NCBI GenBank assembly: GCA_963822445.1
Contig: CAWGHO010000002.1
Location: 64,001 to 128,000 of the forward strand
Source: an uncultured Acidobacteriota bacterium
GTDB taxonomy: Bacteria; Acidobacteriota; Thermoanaerobaculia; Gp7-AA8
Reading direction: 5' to 3'
Length of the DNA: 64,000 nucleotides
Part shown: one piece after another, positions 23,112 to 31,814 of the stretch
How positions within the stretch are numbered: position 1 is the first letter of the stretch
Layout of the letters: each line of letters starts with the position of its first letter
Notes under the pieces: model-generated
What the model was told of the DNA's origin: nothing
The model's database searches: none
Seen by the model: only the letters and a program-made list of their open reading frames with translations
Position numbers and translations under genes: made by a program

Positions 23112-24089
23112 ATGAAAAAGACACTTCTTACAGCCGTTCTGCTGCTGGCCGCGGCCTCCGCGTCCGCCGCTCAGCTCCTCGAGGGAATCGTCGTCCGCGT
23201 GGGCGACCGCATCGTGACCCGCAGCCAGTACGAGCGCCGTCTCCGGGACTCCTTCCGCGAGATCGACGCGACCGTCCCCGCCGAGCAGCGCGCCGCTGAA
23301 AAGACCAAGGCGCGGCAGAACCTCGTCAACGAGATGGTCAGCGAGCTGCTCCTCCGCGACCGCGCCGACCGCCTCGGCATCACCGTGAGCGACGCGGAAA
23401 TCCAGCAGTCGATCGTCCGGATGAAGCAGCAGTACAACATCACGACCGACGCACAGTTCGAGGAGTCGCTCCGAACGTCGGGGATGACCCGGCCTGAAAT
23501 GGAAGCGCGCCTGCGCGAGTCGATCCTCACCAGCAAGCTGTTCGCGCGTGAGCTTCGCAGCCGCGCCGATCTCAGCGACGCCGAGCTCCGCGAGCGCTAC
23601 AACCGCGAGAAGGAAAGGTTCCGCCTTCCCGAGCGCGCCGCGCTGCGCGAGATCGTCGTGCTCAAGCCCGAAGATCCGTCGAAGATCGAGGACGCGCGCA
23701 CGCGCGCCAATGAGCTCGCGCTGGCCGCGCGCAAGCCCGGAACGAACTTCGGCAACCTGGCTTCGACGATGTCGGAATCGGGCACCAAGGAGAAGCAGGG
23801 CGACATGGGCGAAGTGGCCAAGGGCGATCTCGTTCCCGAGATCGACAAAGCCGTCTTCAACGCCGCCGCCGGCACGATCCTCGGCCCGATCGAGAGCCGC
23901 TCCGCCTGGCACATCATCAAAGTCGAGCAGCGCCTGCCGTCGGAAGTTCCGGCGTTCGAGTCCGTGAAGGCCCAGCTCCGTGCGAGCGTCGATGACGAGA
24001 CCTTCCAGCGCGACTACAAGGCGTACATCGACACGTTGAGGAAGGATGCTTTCATCCAGATCAACGAACAGATGATTCCGAGCATCTAG
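23112..24089 (+). CDS. SurA-like periplasmic chaperone/peptidyl-prolyl isomerase
   Basis: Signal peptide, IVVRVGDRIVT SurA-N domain, parvulin domain (GDMGEV, GPIESRSAWHII). Confidence 0.85.
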   Translation: MKKTLLTAVLLLAAASASAAQLLEGIVVRVGDRIVTRSQYERRLRDSFREIDATVPAEQRAAEKTKARQNLVNEMVSELLLRDRADRLGITVSDAEIQQSIVRMKQQYNITTDAQFEESLRTSGMTRPEMEARLRESILTSKLFARELRSRADLSDAELRERYNREKERFRLPERAALREIVVLKPEDPSKIEDARTRANELALAARKPGTNFGNLASTMSESGTKEKQGDMGEVAKGDLVPEIDKAVFNAAAGTILGPIESRSAWHIIKVEQRLPSEVPAFESVKAQLRASVDDETFQRDYKAYIDTLRKDAFIQINEQMIPSI

Positions 24090-24203
24090 CTCTACGTCTC
24101 GTATCCGCTTTTTCCAAAAACCCACCCCTCGGAGTCTGCCGGATCCCCCGATCCGGTAGATTTCCTCGGCGCGCTTGACACCCTCGTCATACGCTCTTTC
24201 GCG

Positions 24204-24920
24204 ATGAGCAGCATCGCCGAAGCAGTCCGCGCCATCCACGAAACGAAGCCCCGTCGCATCGTCGTTTTCACCGGCGCCGGTGTGTCTGCCGACAGCGGAA
24301 TCCCGACGTTCCGCGGCTCCGGCGGGCTATGGCGGAACTTCCGCGCGGAAGACCTGGCAACGCCGGAAGCATTCGAGCGCGATCCGGCGCTCGTGTGGGA
24401 GTGGTACGAGTGGCGGCGCGGCCTCATTCGCGCCGCCGAGCCGAACGCCGCGCACAAGGCCATTGCCCGGGTGCCGCACGCGGTAGTGGTCACGCAGAAC
24501 GTCGACGGTCTCCATGCTCGCGGCGGCGCGGACGACGTCATCGAGCTTCACGGCAACATCTTCCGGGTGCGCTGCACGCGGGAAGGGACGAAGCAGATGC
24601 GCGAAGAGCCGTTTCCCGAACTGCCACCGCATTGCGACTGCGGAGCGCTCCTGCGTCCGGACGTGGTCTGGTTCGGCGAGATGTTGCCGGATGACGCGGT
24701 CGCGCGCGCCGTGAGCGTGATCCGCGCCGCGGACCTGTTGCTCGTCATCGGAACGTCCGGCGTCGTTTATCCGGCCGCGGGCTTCGTCTCCCTGCATCGC
24801 GGCCTTTCCATCGAGATCAACCCCGAGGCGAGCGGTGTCAGCTCGGCGTGCACGCATGCGATTGCAGCGCGGGCCGCGGAAGCGACGCCGCAGATCATTG
24901 AGGCGGTATTGGAGGCTTGA
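24204..24920 (+). CDS. cobB: NAD-dependent protein deacylase (sirtuin)
   Basis: TGAGVSADSGIPTFRG, TQNVDGLH, ELHGN, LRPDVVWFGE, IGTSGVVYPAA. Confidence 0.93.
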   Translation: MSSIAEAVRAIHETKPRRIVVFTGAGVSADSGIPTFRGSGGLWRNFRAEDLATPEAFERDPALVWEWYEWRRGLIRAAEPNAAHKAIARVPHAVVVTQNVDGLHARGGADDVIELHGNIFRVRCTREGTKQMREEPFPELPPHCDCGALLRPDVVWFGEMLPDDAVARAVSVIRAADLLLVIGTSGVVYPAAGFVSLHRGLSIEINPEASGVSSACTHAIAARAAEATPQIIEAVLEA

Positions 24921-24923
24921 ACG

Positions 24924-25595
24924 ATGACTCAGATCATTTGCGACCTTCCCCGCGACGACCGGCCGCGCGAGAGGATGTTGATGCACGGCATCGAGACGCT
25001 CTCCAACGCGGAGCTGGTCGCGCTGTTCATCGGTTCCGGAAGACGCGGCAGAAACGCGGTCGACCTCGCCCGCGATCTGTTGAGTGAGGGCATGCCCCGC
25101 CTCGGCCAACGCGAGCTTGCGTATCTCTGCGAAGTGCCCGGAATCGGTGTGGCGAAGGCCGCGAGGATCGTGGCCGCATTCGAGTTCGCGCGCCGCATCG
25201 CCGAGGGCATCCCTGAAGAGCCGCCCGACTTCGACACGCACGTCTTCGGGAAGACTCTGGTCACGCGCTACGGCCGGCACATGCAGGAGCGTCTCGGCGC
25301 GCTGCTCCTCGACTCACGCCATCGCATTCTCAAGGAGAAGGAGATCTTCGTCGGAACGATCAACAACGCCCTGGTCTCGACCAGCGACATCATCCGCTTC
25401 GCCCTGCTCGAGCAGGGCACAGGGATCGTGATCTTTCACAATCACCCGTCCGGGAATCCCGCGCCTTCGACGGAGGACGAGACCTTCACGCAGAAGCTGC
25501 GGTTCTCACTGAGCACGTGCGACATCGAGCTCGTCGATCACCTGATCATCGGCGCGCACGGGTACTTCTCGATGAAGGAGAAGGGGTTGCTGTAG
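24924..25595 (+). CDS. radC: RadC family JAB-domain protein
   Basis: DRPRER, LSNAEL, HhH PGIGVAKA, HNHPSGNPAPS..D, LVDHLII. Confidence 0.92.
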   Translation: MTQIICDLPRDDRPRERMLMHGIETLSNAELVALFIGSGRRGRNAVDLARDLLSEGMPRLGQRELAYLCEVPGIGVAKAARIVAAFEFARRIAEGIPEEPPDFDTHVFGKTLVTRYGRHMQERLGALLLDSRHRILKEKEIFVGTINNALVSTSDIIRFALLEQGTGIVIFHNHPSGNPAPSTEDETFTQKLRFSLSTCDIELVDHLIIGAHGYFSMKEKGLL

Positions 25596-25691
25596 GGCGG
25601 GCGTCTCGCCCGCAATCCGCCGGGCATCGTGCCCGGCGGTAGAGCGCGGCGCGGGGCGCGCCGCGCGAAGCGGGCGGGACGCCCGCCGTAC
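25592..25691. repeat. REP doublet (GTAG/GTAC-GGCGGGCGTCCCGCCCGC family)
   Basis: GTAGGGCGGGCGTCTCGCCCGC ... GCGGGCGGGACGCCCGCCGTAC in inverted orientation between convergent genes; related copy at 49177-49277. Confidence 0.72.
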
Positions 25692-25693
25692 GT

Positions 25694-26662
25694 TTATGAC
25701 GCGACCAGCGCCGGCTTCCGCGCCGCTGCCTCACGCTCCGCGTACACCGGCGTGAGCCAGCCGTAGCGGTCGGGGATCTCGCCGTTGATGTAGGCAAAGA
25801 ACTCCTTCTGAATCCGCTCGGTGATCGGGCCGCGGCGGCCATTTCCGATGTTGATCTTGTCGATCGAGCGGATCGGCGTGACCTCCGCCGCCGTGCCGGT
25901 GAAGAACACCTCGTCGGCGATGTAGAGGAACTCGCGCGGGATCAGCGTCTCCACGACCTCGTAACCGAAGTCTCGGGCGATGGTGATGATGCTCTGCCGA
26001 GTGATGCCGCCGAGGATCGACGCGCCGAAATGCGGGGTGAAGATCTTTCCGTCGCGGATGACGAAGATGTTCTCGCCGGATCCTTCACTCACGTGCCCCT
26101 GCACGTCGAGCGCGATTCCCTCGGCATATCCGTCGATGGCCGCTTCCTGGCGGATGAGGATCGAGTTCATGTAGTTGCCGGTGGCCTTGGCCAGCGACGG
26201 GAAGGTATTGGGGGCCATGCGGTTCCAGGACGAGACGCGCACGTCGACGCCCTGCTCGATCGCTTCCGGACCGAGGTACTTGCCCCACTTCCAGGCGGCG
26301 ACGACGACGTCGACCGGGCACGCGCCGGGGAAGACACCCAGCGAGTGATATCCGCGGTAAACGACCGGCCGCAGATAGCAGTCCTCGAACTCGTTGGCCT
26401 GCACGATGTCGATGCACGCGCGATTCAGCTCCTCCGGCGTGTACGGAATCTCCATCCGATAAATCTTGCAGCTGTCGAAGAGGCGGCGGGTGTGCTCGTT
26501 CAGCCGGAAGATGGCCGGGCCGCGTTTCGTGTTGTAGCAGCGGACGCCCTCGAAGAGCCCCGAGCCGTAGTGGATGGCATGCGTGAAAACGTGAATCTTG
26601 GCGTCGGCAAAATCGACCAGAGATCCATTGATCCAGACTTTCTTGACTTCCTCGAATGGCAC
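25694..26662 (-). CDS. ilvE: Branched-chain amino acid aminotransferase
   Basis: HYGSGLFEGVR, YLRP, AKATGNY (PLP lysine), EGSGENIF, LGGITR, FFTGTAAEVTPI. Confidence 0.95.
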   Translation of the reverse strand: MPFEEVKKVWINGSLVDFADAKIHVFTHAIHYGSGLFEGVRCYNTKRGPAIFRLNEHTRRLFDSCKIYRMEIPYTPEELNRACIDIVQANEFEDCYLRPVVYRGYHSLGVFPGACPVDVVVAAWKWGKYLGPEAIEQGVDVRVSSWNRMAPNTFPSLAKATGNYMNSILIRQEAAIDGYAEGIALDVQGHVSEGSGENIFVIRDGKIFTPHFGASILGGITRQSIITIARDFGYEVVETLIPREFLYIADEVFFTGTAAEVTPIRSIDKINIGNGRRGPITERIQKEFFAYINGEIPDRYGWLTPVYAEREAAARKPALVAS

Positions 26663-26727
26663 TGGGGACCTCCGTGGTCGGTGCGTCGACAGACTCGGAC
26701 TGAGTCAGAGGGTTGGACTTCGGCCGG

Positions 26728-26757
26728 AGTATAGGTGTCGCTCTTTTGGGGTGTCAA
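26728..26757 (-). promoter_or_regulatory. Sigma70-type promoter of ilvE
   Basis: TTGACA-18 nt-TATACT on the minus strand. Confidence 0.7.
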
Positions 26758-26795
26758 ATGCGAGATCTCTGCCGATAGACTGCGTAACCGAAACG

Positions 26796-27578
26796 ATGAA
26801 TCTCAAGGGGAAAACCGTCGTCGTCACCGGTGCATCGAGCGGAATCGGCCGCGCCGTGGCCCTGGAGATGGCCCGCCGCGGAGCGAACGTCGTACTCGGC
26901 GCACGCCGTCTGGAGCGCCTGGAAAAGACGGCCGTCGAGTGCCGCGCCCTCGGCGTCGAAGCAAAGGCCATCGCCGCCGACGTGACCCGCCGCGAAGATT
27001 GCCGGCTGCTCATCGCCGAGGCGGGCGACGTCGACGTGCTCGTCAACAACGCCGGGTTCGCGATCTTCGATTCGGTCGCCGAGGCGAAACCGGAAGAGCT
27101 CCGCTCGATGATGGACACCAACTACTTCGGCTCGGTGAACTGCATTCAGGCCGTGCTGCCGCAAATGCTCGCGCGCGGCGCAGGCACGATCGTCAACGTC
27201 GCCTCGATCGCCGGGATCATGGGCTACTCGCGCATGGGCGGTTACTGCGCGACGAAGTTCGCCATCATCGGTATGACCGAGGCGCTGCGTGATGAAGTCC
27301 TCGGCCGCGGCCTGCGCGTTGCACTGGTCTGCCCGGGAACTACTGACACTGAATTCTTCGACAAAGCGGAACGCGGAAAGATGCCGGGCGCGTCGCGGCT
27401 GATGCCGGCCGTGAAACCGGAGCGCGTGGCTCGCGCGATCTGCGATGCTGCCGAGGACGGCCGTTATCGCCGCATCCTGCCGCTGCTGGGCGCCACGTAC
27501 ATGCGCATGAAAGAGATCTTTCCGCGATTCGCACATCTGCTCATGCGCCGCGTGTCCGCGATGATGGAGCCTCGATGA
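26796..27578 (+). CDS. SDR family NAD(P)-dependent oxidoreductase
   Basis: TGASSGIG, NNAG, YCATK. Confidence 0.92.
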   Translation: MNLKGKTVVVTGASSGIGRAVALEMARRGANVVLGARRLERLEKTAVECRALGVEAKAIAADVTRREDCRLLIAEAGDVDVLVNNAGFAIFDSVAEAKPEELRSMMDTNYFGSVNCIQAVLPQMLARGAGTIVNVASIAGIMGYSRMGGYCATKFAIIGMTEALRDEVLGRGLRVALVCPGTTDTEFFDKAERGKMPGASRLMPAVKPERVARAICDAAEDGRYRRILPLLGATYMRMKEIFPRFAHLLMRRVSAMMEPR

Positions 27579-28243
27579 CCGGCCGCTTCAAGCGGATGCC
27601 CGCGACGGCGCTGCTCATCATTGCCATCCTCATCGGATTCGTGATCGAGATCCAGAAAGGCGCCCTCCGCGACCCTCGCGTCCTCACCTACCTCGGCGCG
27701 ATCTGGGCTCCGCTCATCCTCGGCGAAGGACAGTGGTGGCGACTGCTCAGCGCGATGTTCCTCCACGGCGATGCGCTGCACCTGCTCATGAATCTGATCG
27801 CGCTCTTTCAGCTCGGAAGTCTGTACGAGCTCATGTTCGGAACGAAGCGGTTCACGATCATCTACTTCGTCACCGGCCTGGTGGCGTCGCTCACGAGCAT
27901 GTTCATCACCGGCGGACCGTCGGTCGGCGCGAGCGGAGCGGTTTTCGGGATCATGGGCGCGTTCATCTTTTCGATCCGCCGCTCGCCGCGATGGCGGCAC
28001 GAGCGCGCCGCGCGCGGCATCGTCTCCCAGCTGATCTTCTGGGTCGTGGCCAACATCGCCATCGCCCTGAAAGTGCCTCAGATCGATCTCGCGGCACACA
28101 TGGGTGGGCTGGTCGCGGGACTCATTCTCGGCGCGGTGTGGCCGCATCGGGTCCCACCGCCGCCGCCCAATCAGCTGGTCGTCGACGTCATGCCTTACGA
28201 AGAACCAGCCGGAGATCCGCGGGACCAAAGAATCGATCGTTGA
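27575..28243 (+). CDS. Rhomboid family intramembrane serine protease
   Basis: WWRLLSAMFLH..HLLMN, GASGAVFG, AHMGG. Confidence 0.93.
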   Translation: MTGRFKRMPATALLIIAILIGFVIEIQKGALRDPRVLTYLGAIWAPLILGEGQWWRLLSAMFLHGDALHLLMNLIALFQLGSLYELMFGTKRFTIIYFVTGLVASLTSMFITGGPSVGASGAVFGIMGAFIFSIRRSPRWRHERAARGIVSQLIFWVVANIAIALKVPQIDLAAHMGGLVAGLILGAVWPHRVPPPPPNQLVVDVMPYEEPAGDPRDQRIDR

Positions 28244-29273
28244 TCGTGTGGATCACGCGCTGCAGTTCCGGTGCGTCGCTTTCCAGCATCGGAATGCTCA
28301 TCCCCTCGGGCAATTCGTGCACGGCGCGCACTTCCGCGATCTCGAATCCGTGCTCGCGCGCGAGCACCGTCAACGCCGCGACATGTCGCGGCGCGAGGTG
28401 CGTCGGATCGCGCCAGAAGTCGGATGCTGAGACGGCGATCGACTCCGCGTTCGGCGTTTCGATCATCAACAGGCCGCCAGCTCGCAGCACGCGCTTCGCT
28501 TCCCGAAACAGCGCGAACAGCGCGTCGACGGGAAGGTGCTCGACCACGTGCATCGCCAGAATGGATCCGAGCGATCCCGGTTGAACCGCCGCGAAACACT
28601 CCGGAACCGCTGCCAGCGCGACATCGAACCCGCGCGTTTTCAGATCGGCGACGGAACGCTCGTTCGTATCGACGCCGCGCGCGGCGATCGACGCCTCCTG
28701 ACACGCGGCAAGGAACTCACCGCGTCCGCAGCCGACATCGAGCACCGGCTGCTGATCGGCCGCGCGCCGCACGTAATGCGCGACATCGGCCCGAACCTCG
28801 GCCTCACTGCCGCGCAACGCGTCCTCGAGGCGCCGGTACAGCGTGTCGGAGGTAACGACCGGATTGACGACGTCGCGAAACCGCACGGCCACGGTCTCGA
28901 TCTTCTGATCGAGCGCCGCGATCAACGCATCATTCCGTTTCGCCGCGGTCAGCACGAGGTTGTTCAGCCGCGTCGATTCCGCGGCCAGCGCGTCGCCGGC
29001 GGTTTTCTGCACCCCTTCGAGATCGCTGCGCAGATCGCGGCGGATGGCTTCCGCATCCCGACGGATGTCGTTGAGGAGCTCCAGCAGAACGACGTTGAAG
29101 TTTTTCTGCCGCTCCGCATCCGGCTCCGTCGCGCGCCGAAAGAGACGGCGCAGGAAACCGAAAAGCCACTCGTGCTTCGGCGAGCGCGGACGGTAGCGGC
29201 GGTCGGTCTCCCAGACATCGCGCCAGTCATCCGCGCCGGCGGGAGGAACCTCGACGTAGCGGTCGTCAGCCAT
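28188..29273 (-). CDS. Coiled-coil + class I SAM methyltransferase (glycan chain-end methyltransferase-like)
   Basis: N-terminal coiled coil; EDALRGS, LDVGCGRGEFL, HVVEHL, IETPN, FWRDPTH. Confidence 0.82.
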   Translation of the reverse strand: MADDRYVEVPPAGADDWRDVWETDRRYRPRSPKHEWLFGFLRRLFRRATEPDAERQKNFNVVLLELLNDIRRDAEAIRRDLRSDLEGVQKTAGDALAAESTRLNNLVLTAAKRNDALIAALDQKIETVAVRFRDVVNPVVTSDTLYRRLEDALRGSEAEVRADVAHYVRRAADQQPVLDVGCGRGEFLAACQEASIAARGVDTNERSVADLKTRGFDVALAAVPECFAAVQPGSLGSILAMHVVEHLPVDALFALFREAKRVLRAGGLLMIETPNAESIAVSASDFWRDPTHLAPRHVAALTVLAREHGFEIAEVRAVHELPEGMSIPMLESDAPELQRVIHTINDRFFGPADLRLVLRKA

Positions 29274-29276
29274 CTT

Positions 29277-29345
29277 GGTAGGCGGTAGGCGGTAGGCGGT
29301 AGGCGGTGAGTGCGGGAACCCCCGCCTACTGCCTACCGCCTACCG
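29277..29345. repeat. Inverted heptamer tandem repeat (GGTAGGC)4 ... (GCCTACY)3
   Basis: Four direct copies at 29277-29304 and three inverted copies at about 29324-29344, filling the rplI-methyltransferase gap. Confidence 0.9.
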
Positions 29346-29352
29346 ATTCTAG

Positions 29353-29847
29353 TTACTGCTGCGATTCCGCGGGTGCCTCGGCCGGCTCTTCGAGCTTCTC
29401 CACGCCGAGAGGCACGACCTCGACCTGGATGTGCGCCGACACTTCGCGGTGCAGGCGCACCTCGACGTCGTGCAGGCCGATGTTCTTGATCGGCGAGCCG
29501 AGCTCGATGCGGCGCTTGTCGACGGTGATGCCTTTCGCCTCGAGCGCGTCCGCGATCTCGTTCGCGGTGACCGAGCCGAACAGATGTCCATGCTCGCCGA
29601 CGCGCTTCTCGATCTTGATCTTCACGCCCTTGACCGTGTCCGCCTGCTTCTGGGCCGCGTTCTTTTCTTCCTGGGCGAGCAGCGCCCACTTGCGCTTGTC
29701 GTGCTCGACCTGCTTCAGGTTGCCGGCCGTCGCCTCGCGGGCGAGGTTCTTCGGCAGGAGGAAGTTCCGCGCGTAACCGTCTTTGACGGTCACTACGTCG
29801 CCGCGAGTGCCGAGGCCACGGATCTCCTCAATCAGAATGACTTTCAT
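29353..29847 (-). CDS. rplI: 50S ribosomal protein L9
   Basis: MKVIL...LGTRGDVVTVKDGYARNFLLP, LFGSVT. Confidence 0.97.
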   Translation of the reverse strand: MKVILIEEIRGLGTRGDVVTVKDGYARNFLLPKNLAREATAGNLKQVEHDKRKWALLAQEEKNAAQKQADTVKGVKIKIEKRVGEHGHLFGSVTANEIADALEAKGITVDKRRIELGSPIKNIGLHDVEVRLHREVSAHIQVEVVPLGVEKLEEPAEAPAESQQ

Positions 29848-30865
29848 TGGAGTCGTCCTTTCGCTTCTTGAAATGTCTGAAATCGAAAAACGGATCGAAC
29901 AGTCCCGCCACGCCCAGCAGCAGCGGCCCCACGCCGGTGATCGTGAGAAACACCAGCAGCAGCCAGCCGAGCATCGTTCCGGCCACGCCCGCGCCCATGG
30001 CCACGAGCACGAACCGGAAGATCGCCAGTCCCTGCAGGATGTACAGGAACGCAACGAGGGCAAGCACGTTCGCCGCGAACTTCTGCACCATCCCCGTGGC
30101 CAGAGGCGTCAGTCCACCAATGACGAACGCGAACAGCAGCCAGTCGGGAAGTGCAAAGTTGCGGAAGAGATAGGCGCCCAGCGCCTCGGTGTCAGCACGC
30201 TTCGCCGCCAGCTCGCGCCAGGCCTTCAGCCGGCCGAGCATCAGCAGGCTGAGGATGAACACGAGCGACATGTTGATGAGGATGACCGCCGGCAGCACGA
30301 ACGTGCTGAAGCCGATCCATCGCTCGGCGAGCTGAATCATGTCCGTGGGCATGCCGCGTGAGCGGTAGATCTGCACGAATTCGCGTGAGGTCTGCTCCGC
30401 CTGCGCCACCTGCGCCGCGAACGGCGAGTAGTCGATGAGCGAGCGCGAGCCGACTTCCGTGAGCGCGAGTCCGATGGTGCTGAGCAGGAGCAGGAAGATC
30501 AGCACGCGGCCGAACTTCTCCCCACGCTCGACCATCGGCAGCGCGGCCATAGCCGGCAATGCGATCGCCATGACGACGGCGGCCAGGTACGTCCAGGCCA
30601 TCTTCGTCGCGTCGGGCGCAGCGGCCGGAATGGCCATCACGTACAGCGCGTCGAGGGCCACGGCGATGGTCAGCGCCAGCCAGGCGGCGCGGCGTCCATT
30701 GCGGATCGCGCAATGGAACAACGCCGCCGGCACGAACACCAGCATCGGCGTGACGAACATCAACGCCGTCAGCAGCGAATAGCCGATCACGCTGCGCACG
30801 ACGCGGCCAAACGGCCGGCCGGACAGCGCCATCGGTTCGCTCTGACTGAGGGACGATTCGATCAC
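29828..30865 (-). CDS. DUF2232 (YybS-like) membrane protein
   Basis: Multi-TM protein between rpsR and rplI; LQGLAI and GLFDPFFDFR C-terminal motifs. Confidence 0.85.
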   Translation of the reverse strand: MIESSLSQSEPMALSGRPFGRVVRSVIGYSLLTALMFVTPMLVFVPAALFHCAIRNGRRAAWLALTIAVALDALYVMAIPAAAPDATKMAWTYLAAVVMAIALPAMAALPMVERGEKFGRVLIFLLLLSTIGLALTEVGSRSLIDYSPFAAQVAQAEQTSREFVQIYRSRGMPTDMIQLAERWIGFSTFVLPAVILINMSLVFILSLLMLGRLKAWRELAAKRADTEALGAYLFRNFALPDWLLFAFVIGGLTPLATGMVQKFAANVLALVAFLYILQGLAIFRFVLVAMGAGVAGTMLGWLLLVFLTITGVGPLLLGVAGLFDPFFDFRHFKKRKDDSNESHSD

Positions 30866-30872
30866 TGGAAAA

Positions 30873-31184
30873 CTAGTCCGCGGTGAACGGCAGCAGCGCC
30901 GCGATGCGCGCGCGCTTGATCGCGTTCTGCAGCTTGCGCTGGTGCAGCGCGCAAGTGCCGGAGATGCGGCGCGGAAGGATCTTCCCGCGCTCGGGGATGA
31001 ACTGCTGCAGGGTCTTCACGTCCTTGAAGTCGATGTACTCGATCTTCTCCACGCAGAACTTGCAGACCCGCTTGCGGCGATAGAAGAACTTCTTCTTGCC
31101 GCCCTGCTGGCCGCCCGGTCCGCCGCGGCGATCGTCGCCGCCGCCCGGTCCACCCGGTCCACGTCGTTGCATTGTCGTAGGCAT
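30873..31184 (-). CDS. rpsR: 30S ribosomal protein S18 (Zn-ribbon type, Gly-rich N-terminal extension)
   Basis: [31 protein letters not shown]. Confidence 0.97.
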   Translation of the reverse strand: MPTTMQRRGPGGPGGGDDRRGGPGGQQGGKKKFFYRRKRVCKFCVEKIEYIDFKDVKTLQQFIPERGKILPRRISGTCALHQRKLQNAIKRARIAALLPFTAD

Positions 31185-31197
31185 TGGTCTCTCCTCC

Positions 31198-31632
31198 TTA
31201 AGCCTGCGGCGCGGCGTCGTCCGCGACGGTCATGTCGGCCGGCTCGGCAACTGCGGAAGCAGGGGCGACGGTCGTCATCGACGGAGCCGAGGGGCGCACG
31301 CGCTCTTTCTTCGGATTGCGCTTGGCGAGCTTGTCGGCGCGCTTGTGCTCGAGATCCGTCCGCACGATCACGTGACGCAGGACGCGGTCGACGTTCTTCA
31401 TGCGGCGATCGAGCTCCGAAAGAGAGCTGTCGCTCTCGAGCACGAACAGGTGGTAGATGCCTTCGTTGAACTTCTGGATGGGATATGCGAGACGGCGCCG
31501 ACCCCACGCTTCTTCGTTCGTGAACGTGGCACCGTTCTTCTCGGCGACGCTCTTGAAATCAGCGACGAGCGTCGTCGCTTCTTCCTCCGTTACTTGCGGA
31601 GAAAGGATGAACAGGACTTCATAAGTCCTCAT
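31198..31632 (-). CDS. rpsF: 30S ribosomal protein S6
   Basis: [27 protein letters not shown]; AAGGAGG SD. Confidence 0.97.
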   Translation of the reverse strand: MRTYEVLFILSPQVTEEEATTLVADFKSVAEKNGATFTNEEAWGRRRLAYPIQKFNEGIYHLFVLESDSSLSELDRRMKNVDRVLRHVIVRTDLEHKRADKLAKRNPKKERVRPSAPSMTTVAPASAVAEPADMTVADDAAPQA

Positions 31633-31636
31633 CGAA

Positions 31637-31685
31637 ACCTCCTTCTGGCCTAGCGGAGCCCCGACACACTCGGAGCCCAAGGAGC
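31637..31685 (-). promoter_or_regulatory. S6:S18 autoregulatory leader RNA
   Basis: Minus strand reads CTCCTT-G-[GGCTCCGA gtgtg TCGGGGCT]-CCG-CTAGGCCAG-AAGGAGG: an anti-SD/SD stem enclosing a hairpin and CC motif, as in described rpsF leaders. Confidence 0.7.
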
Positions 31686-31814
31686 TGGCAGATTGTTAAA
31701 GAATGTCCGGAAACCCCTCCGCCGGGAGTGGCTGAGGGCCGGCAAGTGTACGGAAAGGGCTGGGAGGGGGCAATTTATTTCGCAGGAGGCCGCCCGGCCC
31801 GGTGAGAATACGGC

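Noticed and set aside
24924-25595. radC as a mobile-element marker
   Set aside because: It is the full-length HhH+JAB chromosomal form in a housekeeping context.
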